DNA of 64,000 nt, from the NCBI GenBank assembly GCA_000092065.1, contig CP000585.1. One strand, 5' to 3'. The translations under genes and the position numbers were made by a program. Every line of letters begins with the position of its first letter. Position 1 is the first letter of the stretch. The notes under the pieces are model-generated. The model had not been told where the DNA came from. It saw only the letters and a list, made by a program, of their open reading frames with translations, and did not search any database. Shown piece by piece: positions 10,622 through 20,883 of this stretch. The stretch comes from Ostreococcus lucimarinus. Taxonomy: Eukaryota.

Positions 10622-10658
10622 AGGGTCGCTTTCTTGGGATGGGTCTCACATGCCGCGC
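10622..10658. other. perfect 10-11 bp inverted repeat (hairpin) in intergenic region
   Basis: 'cccatcccag'-ggtcgcttt-'cttgggatggg', in the 5' flank of the 9536..10348 gene and the 3' flank of U1-70K. Confidence 0.4.
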
Positions 10659-11002
10659 GCGTCAAACGCGCATCGTGAGGCGTGTGCGCGCTCGATATCG
10701 CGCGCGGTGGTCGACACGCCGCGAGGGCGGTGGATTCAGACCTTTTACCAACAATTGCTCATCACGACCGAGACGGACGATTGACGCGACGATCGACGCG
10801 ATCGCGGCGACGCGTCGCACGGACCTGCGAGAGTTCACGCGCACGTCGGCGGTGACGCGCGAGAGGCGTTCGTCGGACGTCTCGCGGTGATGCTGAGCGG
10901 CGAGTCGACGACTGGTGTTCGACGGGCCAAACGAAGATTGGGTAAACTAAATCGTCTAAATGTTGTTATTACGGTGCTTACGGCGCGCGACGCATCGGTG
11001 CG

Positions 11003-12109
11003 CTAACGGTAGTCTCTGCGATCGCGCTTGTCCCTGCGATCGCGCGGGGACGGCGAGCGCGAGTCGCGGCCGCGTTTGCGTTCTCGCGAGCCGTCGCGGT
11101 CGCGGTATCTGTCGCGATCGTATCTATCGTCGCCGAAACGACCACGACTTCGGCCGTCGTATCTGTCGTCGTGTCTGTCGCGACTGGGCGAACGATCGCG
11201 TCTTCTATCCTCGGGCGGCGGTGGAGGCGCCGGCGCGCGCTCGCCGAGTTCGCCCTCTTCCTCAGAGGAGGGCGAGCGCGGCGGCGGCGGCGCGGCGCGA
11301 CCGCCGCGCGGCGGCGAGCGCGGCGGCGAGCGCGGCATCTCTCTACGCTCGCGTTCGCGACGATCATCATACGTTCGATCGCGACCGCGCGCCTCGACGT
11401 TTTCACGTTTTGACCCCGCACGCGTGCGACCGACGCCGCCGCCGAGACGGCGAGGTAACCACCCTTTATTTGTGCGCCCACGCTCGACGTCCGCGATCAC
11501 CCTTCGATCTTCGATGCGACGATCATCCATGCCCCTGTACGCCGCGCGCATGTCGCCCTCGCGCTCGAACTCGATGAAGGCGTAGCCGCGAGATTTCCCC
11601 TTCTCGTCGCGAACCAACTTGACGTCGGACACGGCGCCGTAGTACTCCGCCTCGCGCCTGAGCTTGTCTTCATCTACGTCGTACGCCAACCGTGCGATAA
11701 ACAGCGTGCGATACGGATCGCTCGTCGCGTTCGGGTTTTCGTTCGGACGATATCCGTCCAAACCCGCCTCGATCAACTCGCGAGATTTCCGTTCGGCGGC
11801 GGCGCGCTTGCGCGCCGCGCGTTCCTCCTTGGTCACCACGACGTACACCCCGCTCGGTTTTCGCCCATCATCGTCCTCGTCCACCTCAATCTCGCCCTCG
11901 TCCGCGTCCTCATTCCTCTTCTTCGACGCCTTCCGCTTCTGCGTCGCCGTCTTCGACGCCGTTTCAAACTCCTTCACGCACGCCGCCACCCCCTGCATCC
12001 GCTGCGTCTTTTTCGGTTTCGCCGGCGGCGCGCACCACTTCAGCGGCGCCCTCGGCGCGAACATCCGCAACAAATCCGGCGACAGTCCGCTCGGGTGCGT
12101 GATCGCCAT
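11003..12109 (-). CDS. SNRNP70: U1 small nuclear ribonucleoprotein 70 kDa (U1-70K)
   Basis: N-terminal '[12 protein letters not shown]' U1-70K motif. RRM with '[49 protein letters not shown]'. Long RD/RS/RE-rich C-terminal tail. Start set at the internal ATG (12109). The in-frame upstream Gly/Pro-rich extension to 12505 is treated as uncertain. Confidence 0.85.
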   Translation of the reverse strand: MAITHPSGLSPDLLRMFAPRAPLKWCAPPAKPKKTQRMQGVAACVKEFETASKTATQKRKASKKRNEDADEGEIEVDEDDDGRKPSGVYVVVTKEERAARKRAAAERKSRELIEAGLDGYRPNENPNATSDPYRTLFIARLAYDVDEDKLRREAEYYGAVSDVKLVRDEKGKSRGYAFIEFEREGDMRAAYRGMDDRRIEDRRVIADVERGRTNKGWLPRRLGGGVGRTRAGSKRENVEARGRDRTYDDRRERERREMPRSPPRSPPRGGRAAPPPPRSPSSEEEGELGERAPAPPPPPEDRRRDRSPSRDRHDDRYDGRSRGRFGDDRYDRDRYRDRDGSRERKRGRDSRSPSPRDRRDKRDRRDYR

Positions 12110-12840
12110 CCCTCGAAACTGTCCCGGCGTCGGTCGTCCGCCCATCGGCGGCGGTCCCGTCCCCATCCCCGTCGCCGCGCCCATCCCGAACGGCGGTCCC
12201 ATCCCGAACGGCGCGCCGCCGCCCATCGGCGGCGCGCCGAACGGCGCGCCGCCCGCGATCGGCGGTCCCATCCCGATCGCGCCCGGCCCGCCGCGCGGCG
12301 GCGCCCCTCCGCCGAACCGCGGCGGTGCGCCCATCGTCGTCCCGCCCGCGCCGATCGGCGCGTGCGTCACCGCGGCGCGCGCGAGCGGAACATTCGGCGT
12401 CACCACCGCGCGTCGCGCGTCGTCCGGCGGCGGCGGCGCGCGCCGCATCGCGCGCGCGCGTGTGCGGCGCCGACGCCGCGCGGAATCGTCGCGCGCGAGA
12501 CGCAACCCTAAACCCTAAACCGCGCGATGCTCCGTGTTGTACCCAAGTCTTGTTTCTGCGACGCGTGTGCGCAAACAGTCAGCGGCGTCTTTCCGTCGCG
12601 CGTTTGAAAATTCGAACGCGCGCGTCGGACCGCGACGACGACGGACGACGACGCGCGCGAACGACGACGCGCGCGACGCGACGCGCGGAGGTGCGCGCCA
12701 TTCACGCGCTCGCGAGACGGGCGCTCGGTCGACGGGCGATCGAAAGTCTCGCGCGCGCGACGACGACGCGCGCGAACGCGACTTTGAATTCGAACGCGAC
12801 GCGACGCGGGACGACGACGACGGCGACGGCGGCGCGAGGA
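12110..12840. promoter_or_regulatory. bidirectional promoter region between divergent U1-70K and DHFR-TS
   Basis: Head-to-head gene pair separated by ~730 bp of GC-rich low-complexity sequence (CGCGACG-type tracts). Confidence 0.4.
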
Positions 12841-14364
12841 ATGAAACGAGACCGCGCGAGCGCGATGAACGATGGAAAGTTTCAAGTCGTCGTCGCGGCG
12901 ACGCGCGAGGGAGGGATCGGGAGGGAGAACGCGCTGCCGTGGCGACTCGCCGGGGACATGGGATACTTTAAAAAGATTACGAGCGAGACGCGGGACGGGG
13001 ACGCGATGAACGCGGTGGTGATGGGGAGAAAGACGTGGGAATCGATTCCGGGGAAATTCAGACCGCTGCCGGGAAGGTTGAACATCGTGCTGAGTCGAAG
13101 CGGGGGATTGGCGGAGGCGAACGACGAGAATAATAACGGCGCGGAGACGCTGCCGGAGGGGGTGCTGGTGCGTAAGTCCATCGATGACGCGCTGAGCGCG
13201 ATTTCGTCGAGCGAAAAGAGGATTGAGAAGACGTTTGTGATCGGTGGGGCGCAAATTTACGAAGAGGCGCTTCAAAGCGAAAAGTGCGAAGCCGTGCACC
13301 TCACCGAGGTGGAGGGCGAATTCGAATGCGACGCCTTCATCCCGAAGATCGACGCCACCAAGTTCAAGCTCTATGGACAGTCCAAGCCCATGATTGAGAA
13401 AGGCACGAGGTTTCAATTTTTGACGTACGTCACTGCCGACGCCGAGAGCGGAAAGTTCCGCCCGAAGGCCGACGAGGTTCTGCCCGCGGGTTGCTCGATC
13501 AAGCACGAAGAATACCAGTACTTGGAAATGATTCGCGAAATCATCGATCAAGGCGCGGTGAAGGGCGATCGCACCGGCACTGGGACGATTTCTACGTTTG
13601 GCAATCAAATGCGTTTCGATCTTCGCCGATCGTTTCCACTTCTCACGACCAAGCGCGTCTTCTGGCGCGGCGTCGCGGAAGAGTTGCTGTGGTTCGTCGC
13701 CGGCGAGACGAACGCGAACAAGTTGGCCGAGAAAAAGATCAACATCTGGGATGGTAACGGAAGTCGCGAGTACTTGGATTCTATTGGTTTGACTGAACGC
13801 GAAGTCGGTGATCTCGGTCCGGTGTACGGATTCCAGTGGAGACACTTCGGCGCCGAGTACACGAACATGCACGCCGACTACACTGGCAAGGGCGTGGACC
13901 AACTCGCTGAGGTCATTCACAAGATCAAGAACAACCCGAACGATCGTCGCATTTTACTCACGGCGTGGAATCCGGCGGCGTTGAAGGAGATGGCGTTGCC
14001 ACCGTGCCACATGTTCTGCCAGTTTTACGTTGCCAACGGCGAGTTGAGCTGCCAAATGTACCAACGCTCGTGCGACATGGGTCTGGGCGTTCCTTTCAAT
14101 ATCGCTTCGTATTCCTTGCTCACGTGCATGATTGCGCAAGTTTGCGGTTTGAAACCTGGTGATTTTGTGCACTGCTGCGGAGACACGCACGTATACTCGA
14201 ACCACGTGGAGCCGCTCGAAAAGCAGCTCGCGTGCGAGCCGCGACCGTTTCCGATTTTGAAAATCAACCCGGAAAAGAAGGATATCGACTCCTTCACCTT
14301 TGACGACTTCGAGATCGTCGGTTACGATCCCCACCCTAAAATTGAGATGAAAATGGCCGTCTAA
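12841..14364 (+). CDS. DHFR-TS: Bifunctional dihydrofolate reductase-thymidylate synthase (DHFR-TS)
   Basis: DHFR N-domain ('[20 protein letters not shown]...[11 protein letters not shown]'). TS domain with '[18 protein letters not shown]', '[11 protein letters not shown]', '[25 protein letters not shown]', '[17 protein letters not shown]'. ATG at 12841. The upstream in-frame Arg/Ala-rich stretch is not coding-like. Confidence 0.95.
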   Translation: MKRDRASAMNDGKFQVVVAATREGGIGRENALPWRLAGDMGYFKKITSETRDGDAMNAVVMGRKTWESIPGKFRPLPGRLNIVLSRSGGLAEANDENNNGAETLPEGVLVRKSIDDALSAISSSEKRIEKTFVIGGAQIYEEALQSEKCEAVHLTEVEGEFECDAFIPKIDATKFKLYGQSKPMIEKGTRFQFLTYVTADAESGKFRPKADEVLPAGCSIKHEEYQYLEMIREIIDQGAVKGDRTGTGTISTFGNQMRFDLRRSFPLLTTKRVFWRGVAEELLWFVAGETNANKLAEKKINIWDGNGSREYLDSIGLTEREVGDLGPVYGFQWRHFGAEYTNMHADYTGKGVDQLAEVIHKIKNNPNDRRILLTAWNPAALKEMALPPCHMFCQFYVANGELSCQMYQRSCDMGLGVPFNIASYSLLTCMIAQVCGLKPGDFVHCCGDTHVYSNHVEPLEKQLACEPRPFPILKINPEKKDIDSFTFDDFEIVGYDPHPKIEMKMAV

Positions 14365-14464
14365 CGGCGCCCCGCGTACGTTGTGTCAGTATCAATATCC
14401 ATTTACGTAACGACGCTTCGCCGCGCCTCGCTTCACTTCGCGCCCACACGCGCGCTCGCGCACC

Positions 14465-15493
14465 ATGCTCTTCGACGTTTTCGCGCGCGTCCGATGCCGT
14501 CTGGACATTCTGAACGACATCCTCCTGCAGCGTTATCACTGCAAGCACCTCCCGAGCCGCGCCGAGGACGTCATCGTCGACGACCTGCGCGGCAAGACGT
14601 GCGTTGTGACCGGACCGACGAGCGGAATCGGCGTCACCACCGCGCGTGCGCTCGTCAAACGCGGCGCGCGCGTCGTTTTGGCGTGTCGCACTCCCTCAAA
14701 GGCCGAGGCATTGGTCGAGCGTTGGACGAAGGAGGCGGCGGCGGTCGGGACGGCGCCGCCGGACTGCGCGGTGATGGCGTTGGATTTGGACTCGCTCGCG
14801 AGCGTCGAAGCGTTCGCGAAGGCGTTTCAACAACGTGAGAAACGGTTGGACGTGTTGATCAATAATGCCGGGATTTTCGATATGTCTGGAGCGTACGTCA
14901 GGACGAGCGATGGGCGGGAGCAGCATTTACAGGCGAATTTCCTGGCACCGGCGTTGCTGACGATGACGCTGTTGAACGCTCTGCGAAAGACTGGGGCGGA
15001 GACTGGGGATGCGAGGGTGGTTTTCGTGAGTAGTAAGCTGCACGAATTGTGCACGGGGTTAAATTTGAGTGATATGGACTTTAAACGCTCGTCGTACAGC
15101 TCGCAAGCGGCGTATGCGTCCAGCAAGCTCGCGGAGGTGCTATTCGTAAAGGCGCTCGACGCGCGTCTGCGCGCAAAGGCGCCGGGCACGCGCGCGCTGG
15201 TGTTGCACCCTGGAAACATCGTCACTGGCGTCGTTCGCACGCTTCCGATGTGGTTACAGTCTTTGTATAAGATATTATTCGAGCGAATTTTGCTCACTGC
15301 TGACCAAGGCGCGCGATGTTCGCTGTACTGTGCGACAAGAACCGAGGCGGTGGCGAGCGCCACCATCGGGCCGTATTTTACATCCGAGTGCGAGGAGCGT
15401 ACGCCGAGCAAGTATGCGCTCGTCGAAGGCGAGGCAGAGAAGCTGTGGCGATACACACTGAAGGAATTAGGCTTAGAAGATGATATCATCTAG
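14465..15493 (+). CDS. Short-chain dehydrogenase/reductase (retinol dehydrogenase / WWOX-like classical SDR)
   Basis: Rossmann motif 'VTGPTSGIGVTTA', 'NNAG', catalytic 'YSSQAAYASSKLA' (YxxxK). Confidence 0.85.
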   Translation: MLFDVFARVRCRLDILNDILLQRYHCKHLPSRAEDVIVDDLRGKTCVVTGPTSGIGVTTARALVKRGARVVLACRTPSKAEALVERWTKEAAAVGTAPPDCAVMALDLDSLASVEAFAKAFQQREKRLDVLINNAGIFDMSGAYVRTSDGREQHLQANFLAPALLTMTLLNALRKTGAETGDARVVFVSSKLHELCTGLNLSDMDFKRSSYSSQAAYASSKLAEVLFVKALDARLRAKAPGTRALVLHPGNIVTGVVRTLPMWLQSLYKILFERILLTADQGARCSLYCATRTEAVASATIGPYFTSECEERTPSKYALVEGEAEKLWRYTLKELGLEDDII

Positions 15494-15515
15494 ACTTAGA
15501 CTATTATAAGCGATA

Positions 15516-18500
15516 CTATGAGTGCGAAAAGCTGTCGTCGCGCGAACGACTTTTGCTTTTCTCATCGCGATCCTCTCGCTCCTCCCACTGGGACAACATG
15601 CTTTGCCATCCGCTCCTCGTCGAGCTTTGCGGCGAAAATGGTTCGGAGTCGCGAAGTGACGTGCTTGCTCGCACGCCGTCTCCATCGCTCGGGAAGCTGA
15701 AGAGATTACTAGAATGTAGACCTGTAGTCGATCGAGCGTCACCGCTCCACATGTCGCCGTTTCCGCGGCTGGATGCGGGTGCTGCCCACATGTCGTAATT
15801 GCGAACGCTGCTCGGTCGCGAATGCGGAGGCGTCGTATATTCGCGCACAGATCCAGGTGGCGTGCCTTGCTCTGATCTACGTGCGTACGAATCGTCACCG
15901 ATCGCTTCTGAAAACATCGTGTTGTACATATCAAAGTGCGCCTGAGGCGAACCCCTTTCGCCGGCGTGCGATGTCGCCTTGTCCGACGAAGCGACTGATA
16001 GTGTTTTTTTACGAAAAACAGAGCGTGGTGCTAACCGAACGGGGCCAAGCGGCTTGGTCACAACGTTCTGCGTCTTTTCAGCTTCGACTCTTTGCTGCGA
16101 TTTTTTATCACGGGCTCGTCTCTGCTTTTGATCGGTCTCAGAGCGGGACCCCTTCGCCTTGTCTCTGCCTGTCTCTGCCTTCTCTTTCTTGCGAGGCGTC
16201 GTTTCATTCTCCTTCTTTCCTTTACGTCGGTTTGGCTCTTGCACTAGTATGCGATCGACCGGCGGTTTGTGCTTCTCAACTGCCGTCAATTCGTGGTTGA
16301 TCAAGGCAGAATCATCACTTTGCTGCGTCGCAGCGACAGACACGGGCTCTTCGAGCTCAGGTTCATCGACGATTTGTTCCCGCTCTGCTTCTGAACTTGA
16401 ACTTTCTCCATGAATCATCTCACCAATTCGATCCACGGTTGCTTTCTCCGCATCTTCATCATCCACGGAGCACGGCTCTTGCGCGGATCGTCGGAACATT
16501 TCATCTTGGACAGCGTCGCGCGGTGAGCCCGCGGGCGAATCAATTTCTCGTCGCGACGCTGTCCCATAGACCACCACGATGCACGCTAACGCCAACACAA
16601 CACGAACATAAATCGATGTACTCATCGGAGTCTCCGTCTCAACTACTGATGTACCAGAGTACCCGATGAGCTCGATACATTCCAGGAGCGTGTCGTCATT
16701 TTTTATGCACACGGCCGCCTTGTACGTCGTTTGACGCGAACGAGGATCGAACACGGTGGACAGCACGTCTATCTGTTGCTCAGGTCTCAAGCATACGCCA
16801 CCGCGATCGATCTTGTAGTTTGGAACAAAACCTGGATCGACCGATGTTTGTCGGAGCCCATTTTCATAAACGCTCGCGTACGCTCGCGCGGCTCTGATAT
16901 TTGTTTGGAAAAGCGATTGCTCGAGCGTCTGCGTCTGCCGACCATTCCATCGGCGAGATGGAGCCGAGTTCGTGAGGATTGGGAGAACACGCAAGCACAA
17001 TACGCGCGTGGTCGACGGATTTTTCACGCTGATTACTGTCGGCACGTCCTTTGTCGCGATAACGACGTGCTCCGACGTACCCAAAACGTTGACGTCTTCG
17101 GACGTGACGTCTAAAAATCTGGGAAACGTGATTTTCGCACGCACTTCAACCGTATGATGGCCATTCTGTGCTTCCGAAGAAAATATCACTCGACCGGACG
17201 CAGTCAATGCTCCATCTTCTTCGAGTCGCTTCATGGAACGGTGAAGCTTTTCTAACCGACGCACGTCTACTTTCGATATTGATTCCTCGAGATAGTCTTC
17301 TTCGATGGCTCCCTTGTATTTCTTGAAGCGATTGGACCACGATTTCAGCCGCGCAGTTTCTGCGAAATGCGACAACTCGTTCCTTTGACGCGTAGTGTCG
17401 AACGTTATCACACCAATCGAACTCGATTCGCCAGCGTGCACTGTGGAGTCCACAATACTTTCAAACTCTAAAAAGTCTGACTCCGTCTCGAGGTTTCCAG
17501 AAACGGCAACCGGAATGCCGTGCGTGCTATGCACCATGACCTCACGCCTGATCGGTATGAGATCCTTTTGAATAAGTTCAGTGACTGGAACTGTAACTTC
17601 TATTTCGCCGTCCTCACTAAAGACTTTACCATCCGTCGACACTAGACGTAATCGCGTCGCCGTTTTAACACCAAGGCTCGTGGTGAGCGCCAGCTCGGCA
17701 CCTTCTTTCTCCAATTTTTCCAATTCCGTCGGCGCCGCGGTTAACTGTAAATCTAAAGTCGCTCCCGGCTCAAGCTTACCCTGAACTACTTGAGTACACG
17801 TCGATCCAGAACGTTCGATGCAATCATCGATTGCGAATACTTCGTCAACGTCAACGTCAACGTCGCGATAGCTTGCGTCGGCGTTCAATGAAAACATCGA
17901 TCCGGTAACGCTGCGCGTCCCTTTGATGATCATCGTGTTCACTTCGACCACCACTGGGTTGTGGTTGGTAAATTTGACGCGCATTTTGCGTTTGAGGCCT
18001 ACACCAACCACGCCAAAATCAACTGTGCTCGACACCGTGAGCTCACCGCTATAAACAATCACTGGAATCTTCGTCCCCGTTGACGTGTTGTTGTGCAACA
18101 GACTCAACGTCGTCGCCATTGCCGTCAGGAAGCTCTTCGGGCGATATTCTATTTCGACGGTGAATGACTGTCCTGCGCTAACGACTTCTTCGTTGATGTG
18201 TGTCAGTGGAACGATCTGTGCGCCAGTGCTGATGATATCCTCCACTGGAAGTTTCCATGAGCGTAACTTCACCGCTTGAGTAAAGGTGTTTTTTATTTGT
18301 ATCTTGCGCTTGACGATGTGCGAGTCAGTCGGAACTGCATCGCCGAAAGGTCCGACAGGGGCTTGAAATATCAACTGGTCGGCATCATACGTCAGTGATC
18401 CGTGCACGACTTGGGCCGAATAAGGCACGCGTAATAGCGCGGACGAGATGTTCGTGTGCACGCGAATGACGCCGTGAAAGTTGCCCTCGACGCTTCCTGT

Positions 18501-19709
18501 GCGTGTAATACGCGCGACTCGCATTGTCGTGAGCGATGGTACGATGGTTCCTTTGCCAAACTTGATCGATAGCTCTCTATCCATGTCTTCGGTGAACACC
18601 GAACGAATCTCAATTGGGGTTTTGCGAGCGTTGAATATGTGCAAATACTTGGTGCTCTTGTCCCTCGCGCTTGCCAAATCTTTGAACTCGAAATGTTTCT
18701 CAACAACGTAAATCAAATCGCGCTGAGGTGTAACCGTGAACGGAATCCGCATGAGCGCGGATTCAGAGGTGATATTGAGCACCACTGTACCTTTGATACT
18801 CGTGCGCTTGTCATCCGTTCCAGCGAATTCATCTTTGCGAATTAATACGCGCAAGCGTAAAATCGGAGCGCGCTCGCCCGGAAGTAAATCCCACTTCCCT
18901 ACCTGCGAAACTCTATCGGCTTCGTTGATCACCTTTTGTGAGCGCACGCTCTCTTCGCTAATCTCAAACAACGCAGGCTCGAGAGTGACTTCTGGCGTCG
19001 TCGTGAATGCGCTCAAGATCGCGACTGATGCCGCAGTCGGATTATACATGACCAAATCGTACTCGACCGGCACGTCAAAGGGTACGCTTTCCTGCAACGC
19101 CGTAAACTCATACGGGCTCCTATACACCGTCGACGTCAGGAGCTGAACCAGCGGTCCCGCACTGGTGTTAAACAATAATGTGTTGCGAAATTGGCCAACC
19201 TGCTGCGGATTAAACCGCGCGTCGTACGCGCGCTTCTTCCCAGGCTCGATCCTCTCCCCCGGCTCGAAATCGTTCAAGTACCACCACGAACTATCCGTGG
19301 ACCATCCGTGCACGACGACATCTTCCGTTCCGAGATTCTCCAAGCGAACAGCCGTCTCAGTCTCGCGAAACAACGCCACGCCATCGCTCACGACGACGTT
19401 CGGCGTCGCCTTCGCGCACACCGCGTTGTCCGGCGTCGAGCAGCTCCCCGCCTTGGGCAGCCCGTTGGACATCTTGTACAGCGCCTTCAACGCGTCGCCG
19501 TCCGGCAGGCGTATCTTATGCATAAACTCGAACGTTCGGTCGGCCATGTCCGCGCCCGCGCCCGCGCACGACGGCGCGACGACGGCGAAGATCGCGAGGA
19601 CGATTCCGACGAAATCTAATCGCGACGCCAAAATCGTTTGACGCCGTCGCGTCGCGCGCGCGCGCGGCGTCGCACGAGACCCATCGAGAATCAGTCTGTG
19701 TTGTTTCAT
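15516..19709 (-). CDS. Large type-I membrane protein, TMEM131-like (tentative)
   Basis: 1,397-aa continuous ORF with ATG start. N-terminal signal-like hydrophobic segment ('FVGIVLAIFAVVAPSCAGAGA'). ~950 aa beta-rich luminal region. Single TM ('IYVRVVLALACIVVVYGTA'). ~390-aa Ser/Arg/Glu/Lys-rich cytosolic tail. This architecture matches TMEM131-family proteins. The family call is inference. Confidence 0.6.
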   Translation of the reverse strand: MKQHRLILDGSRATPRARATRRRQTILASRLDFVGIVLAIFAVVAPSCAGAGADMADRTFEFMHKIRLPDGDALKALYKMSNGLPKAGSCSTPDNAVCAKATPNVVVSDGVALFRETETAVRLENLGTEDVVVHGWSTDSSWWYLNDFEPGERIEPGKKRAYDARFNPQQVGQFRNTLLFNTSAGPLVQLLTSTVYRSPYEFTALQESVPFDVPVEYDLVMYNPTAASVAILSAFTTTPEVTLEPALFEISEESVRSQKVINEADRVSQVGKWDLLPGERAPILRLRVLIRKDEFAGTDDKRTSIKGTVVLNITSESALMRIPFTVTPQRDLIYVVEKHFEFKDLASARDKSTKYLHIFNARKTPIEIRSVFTEDMDRELSIKFGKGTIVPSLTTMRVARITRTGSVEGNFHGVIRVHTNISSALLRVPYSAQVVHGSLTYDADQLIFQAPVGPFGDAVPTDSHIVKRKIQIKNTFTQAVKLRSWKLPVEDIISTGAQIVPLTHINEEVVSAGQSFTVEIEYRPKSFLTAMATTLSLLHNNTSTGTKIPVIVYSGELTVSSTVDFGVVGVGLKRKMRVKFTNHNPVVVEVNTMIIKGTRSVTGSMFSLNADASYRDVDVDVDEVFAIDDCIERSGSTCTQVVQGKLEPGATLDLQLTAAPTELEKLEKEGAELALTTSLGVKTATRLRLVSTDGKVFSEDGEIEVTVPVTELIQKDLIPIRREVMVHSTHGIPVAVSGNLETESDFLEFESIVDSTVHAGESSSIGVITFDTTRQRNELSHFAETARLKSWSNRFKKYKGAIEEDYLEESISKVDVRRLEKLHRSMKRLEEDGALTASGRVIFSSEAQNGHHTVEVRAKITFPRFLDVTSEDVNVLGTSEHVVIATKDVPTVISVKNPSTTRVLCLRVLPILTNSAPSRRWNGRQTQTLEQSLFQTNIRAARAYASVYENGLRQTSVDPGFVPNYKIDRGGVCLRPEQQIDVLSTVFDPRSRQTTYKAAVCIKNDDTLLECIELIGYSGTSVVETETPMSTSIYVRVVLALACIVVVYGTASRREIDSPAGSPRDAVQDEMFRRSAQEPCSVDDEDAEKATVDRIGEMIHGESSSSEAEREQIVDEPELEEPVSVAATQQSDDSALINHELTAVEKHKPPVDRILVQEPNRRKGKKENETTPRKKEKAETGRDKAKGSRSETDQKQRRARDKKSQQRVEAEKTQNVVTKPLGPVRLAPRSVFRKKTLSVASSDKATSHAGERGSPQAHFDMYNTMFSEAIGDDSYARRSEQGTPPGSVREYTTPPHSRPSSVRNYDMWAAPASSRGNGDMWSGDARSTTGLHSSNLFSFPSDGDGVRASTSLRDSEPFSPQSSTRSGWQSMLSQWEEREDRDEKSKSRSRDDSFSHS

Positions 19710-19814
19710 TTGACCGCGCGCGCGACGCCCGCGCGCGCGACGCCGACGCGTGGCGCTGTGCGGTTTGCGACGCGGCGTGTCGGTGAATCTTTCTTTTTTA
19801 CAGTGCTTCGAGCG

Positions 19815-20648
19815 CTAGCGCGCGCCGGTTCCGTCATTCATCGCGCGGCGTCGTTCTAGGGGCGTGCTATTTTTGAGACGTTTTTCTCGCGGACTCGTCG
19901 TGGTCTGGGTCGACGGGGAAGGCGCGGCGACGCGACGCGGTATTTCTCTGCGTTTGGACGTCGCCGCCGCTTTGGGCGTCGCCGGCGATTTGGACGTCGC
20001 CGGCGAGAACTCGGGGACGGCGGCAGAGCGCGAAGACCTACCGGTTTGAGCGTCCGAATCGCGCGGTGGTGTGGCTTGACCCAGTCGTTTCGCTCGTAAC
20101 TCCGTGCGTTTGGCGTTGACGTCGCGGGCGAACGATTCCACTTCGCGTTCCTTCGCGTTGGCCGCCTCGACGATGGCGTCGAAGCGTTCCGTGGCGGCGA
20201 CGAATTCGCGCGGTAACACCGGTTTCACCGCGCTCGGCAGGATCGACGTCCCCGATATGACGAGCGCCACGAGCGCGGCGCCCAAGATGTACGGCCCGAG
20301 CGCGATCGCCGTCGCGATCGCCAACGCCGCCGCCGCCTCCTCCGGATGCGTCGAGATTTCCTCCGCCGCGCGCTCCAAAAACTTGAGCGTCTCCACCGGA
20401 TGCGCGATCGCCGCGATCGCCCCCACCGCGACGAGCGACGGAAACAACAAAAACTTCCACGCCGCGTCGACCACGAGCGGGACGAGCCAAACCAGCGCCA
20501 GTCCGCACGCCGCCGCGAGCGCCGGGTGCGTCGACGCGTACGCGAGCGCCCCCAGCGCGTCGGCGCTCGACACATCCCCCACGACGCGCCCGTCCATCGC
20601 CCGCGCGACCGCCGACGCGACGCGTTCGTCGAGCGCGTACTCTTCCAT
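19815..20648 (-). CDS. Hypothetical small membrane protein (two hydrophobic helices, Ser/Thr/Pro-rich tail)
   Basis: Internal ATG ('MEEYALDERV...'), two predicted TM helices ('AACGLALVWLVPLVVDAAWKFLLF', 'AIATAIALGPYILGAALVALVISG'). Divergent with CRIPT, 235 bp apart. The ORF-table version extending to 21530 overlaps CRIPT and is mostly low-complexity. Confidence 0.45.
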   Translation of the reverse strand: MEEYALDERVASAVARAMDGRVVGDVSSADALGALAYASTHPALAAACGLALVWLVPLVVDAAWKFLLFPSLVAVGAIAAIAHPVETLKFLERAAEEISTHPEEAAAALAIATAIALGPYILGAALVALVISGTSILPSAVKPVLPREFVAATERFDAIVEAANAKEREVESFARDVNAKRTELRAKRLGQATPPRDSDAQTGRSSRSAAVPEFSPATSKSPATPKAAATSKRREIPRRVAAPSPSTQTTTSPREKRLKNSTPLERRRAMNDGTGAR

Positions 20649-20883
20649 CCCACCGAGCGCGCGCGCGCGCGTCGGCGTCCCCGTACCGTCGTCGCCCCGT
20701 CGTCGCCGCGTCGTCGCGCGCGTCATCCGTCGTCGGCCCAGCGCCCGCGCGCCGTCGCGCGCCGACGTCCGCGCGCGCGCGCGCGCGGCGCGCGTTCGCG
20801 CGATCGCCATCGCGCGCCGTCGCCGCGGCGAGGCGTCGCGCGCGCCGCGCTGTCCGGTCGTCGCATCGCGACGCGCGGGCGAA

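Noticed and set aside
12325-12840. Upstream 172-codon extension of the DHFR-TS ORF
   Set aside because: It is Arg/Ala/Ser low-complexity and overlaps the U1-70K 5' region on the other strand. DHFR homology begins right after the ATG at 12841.
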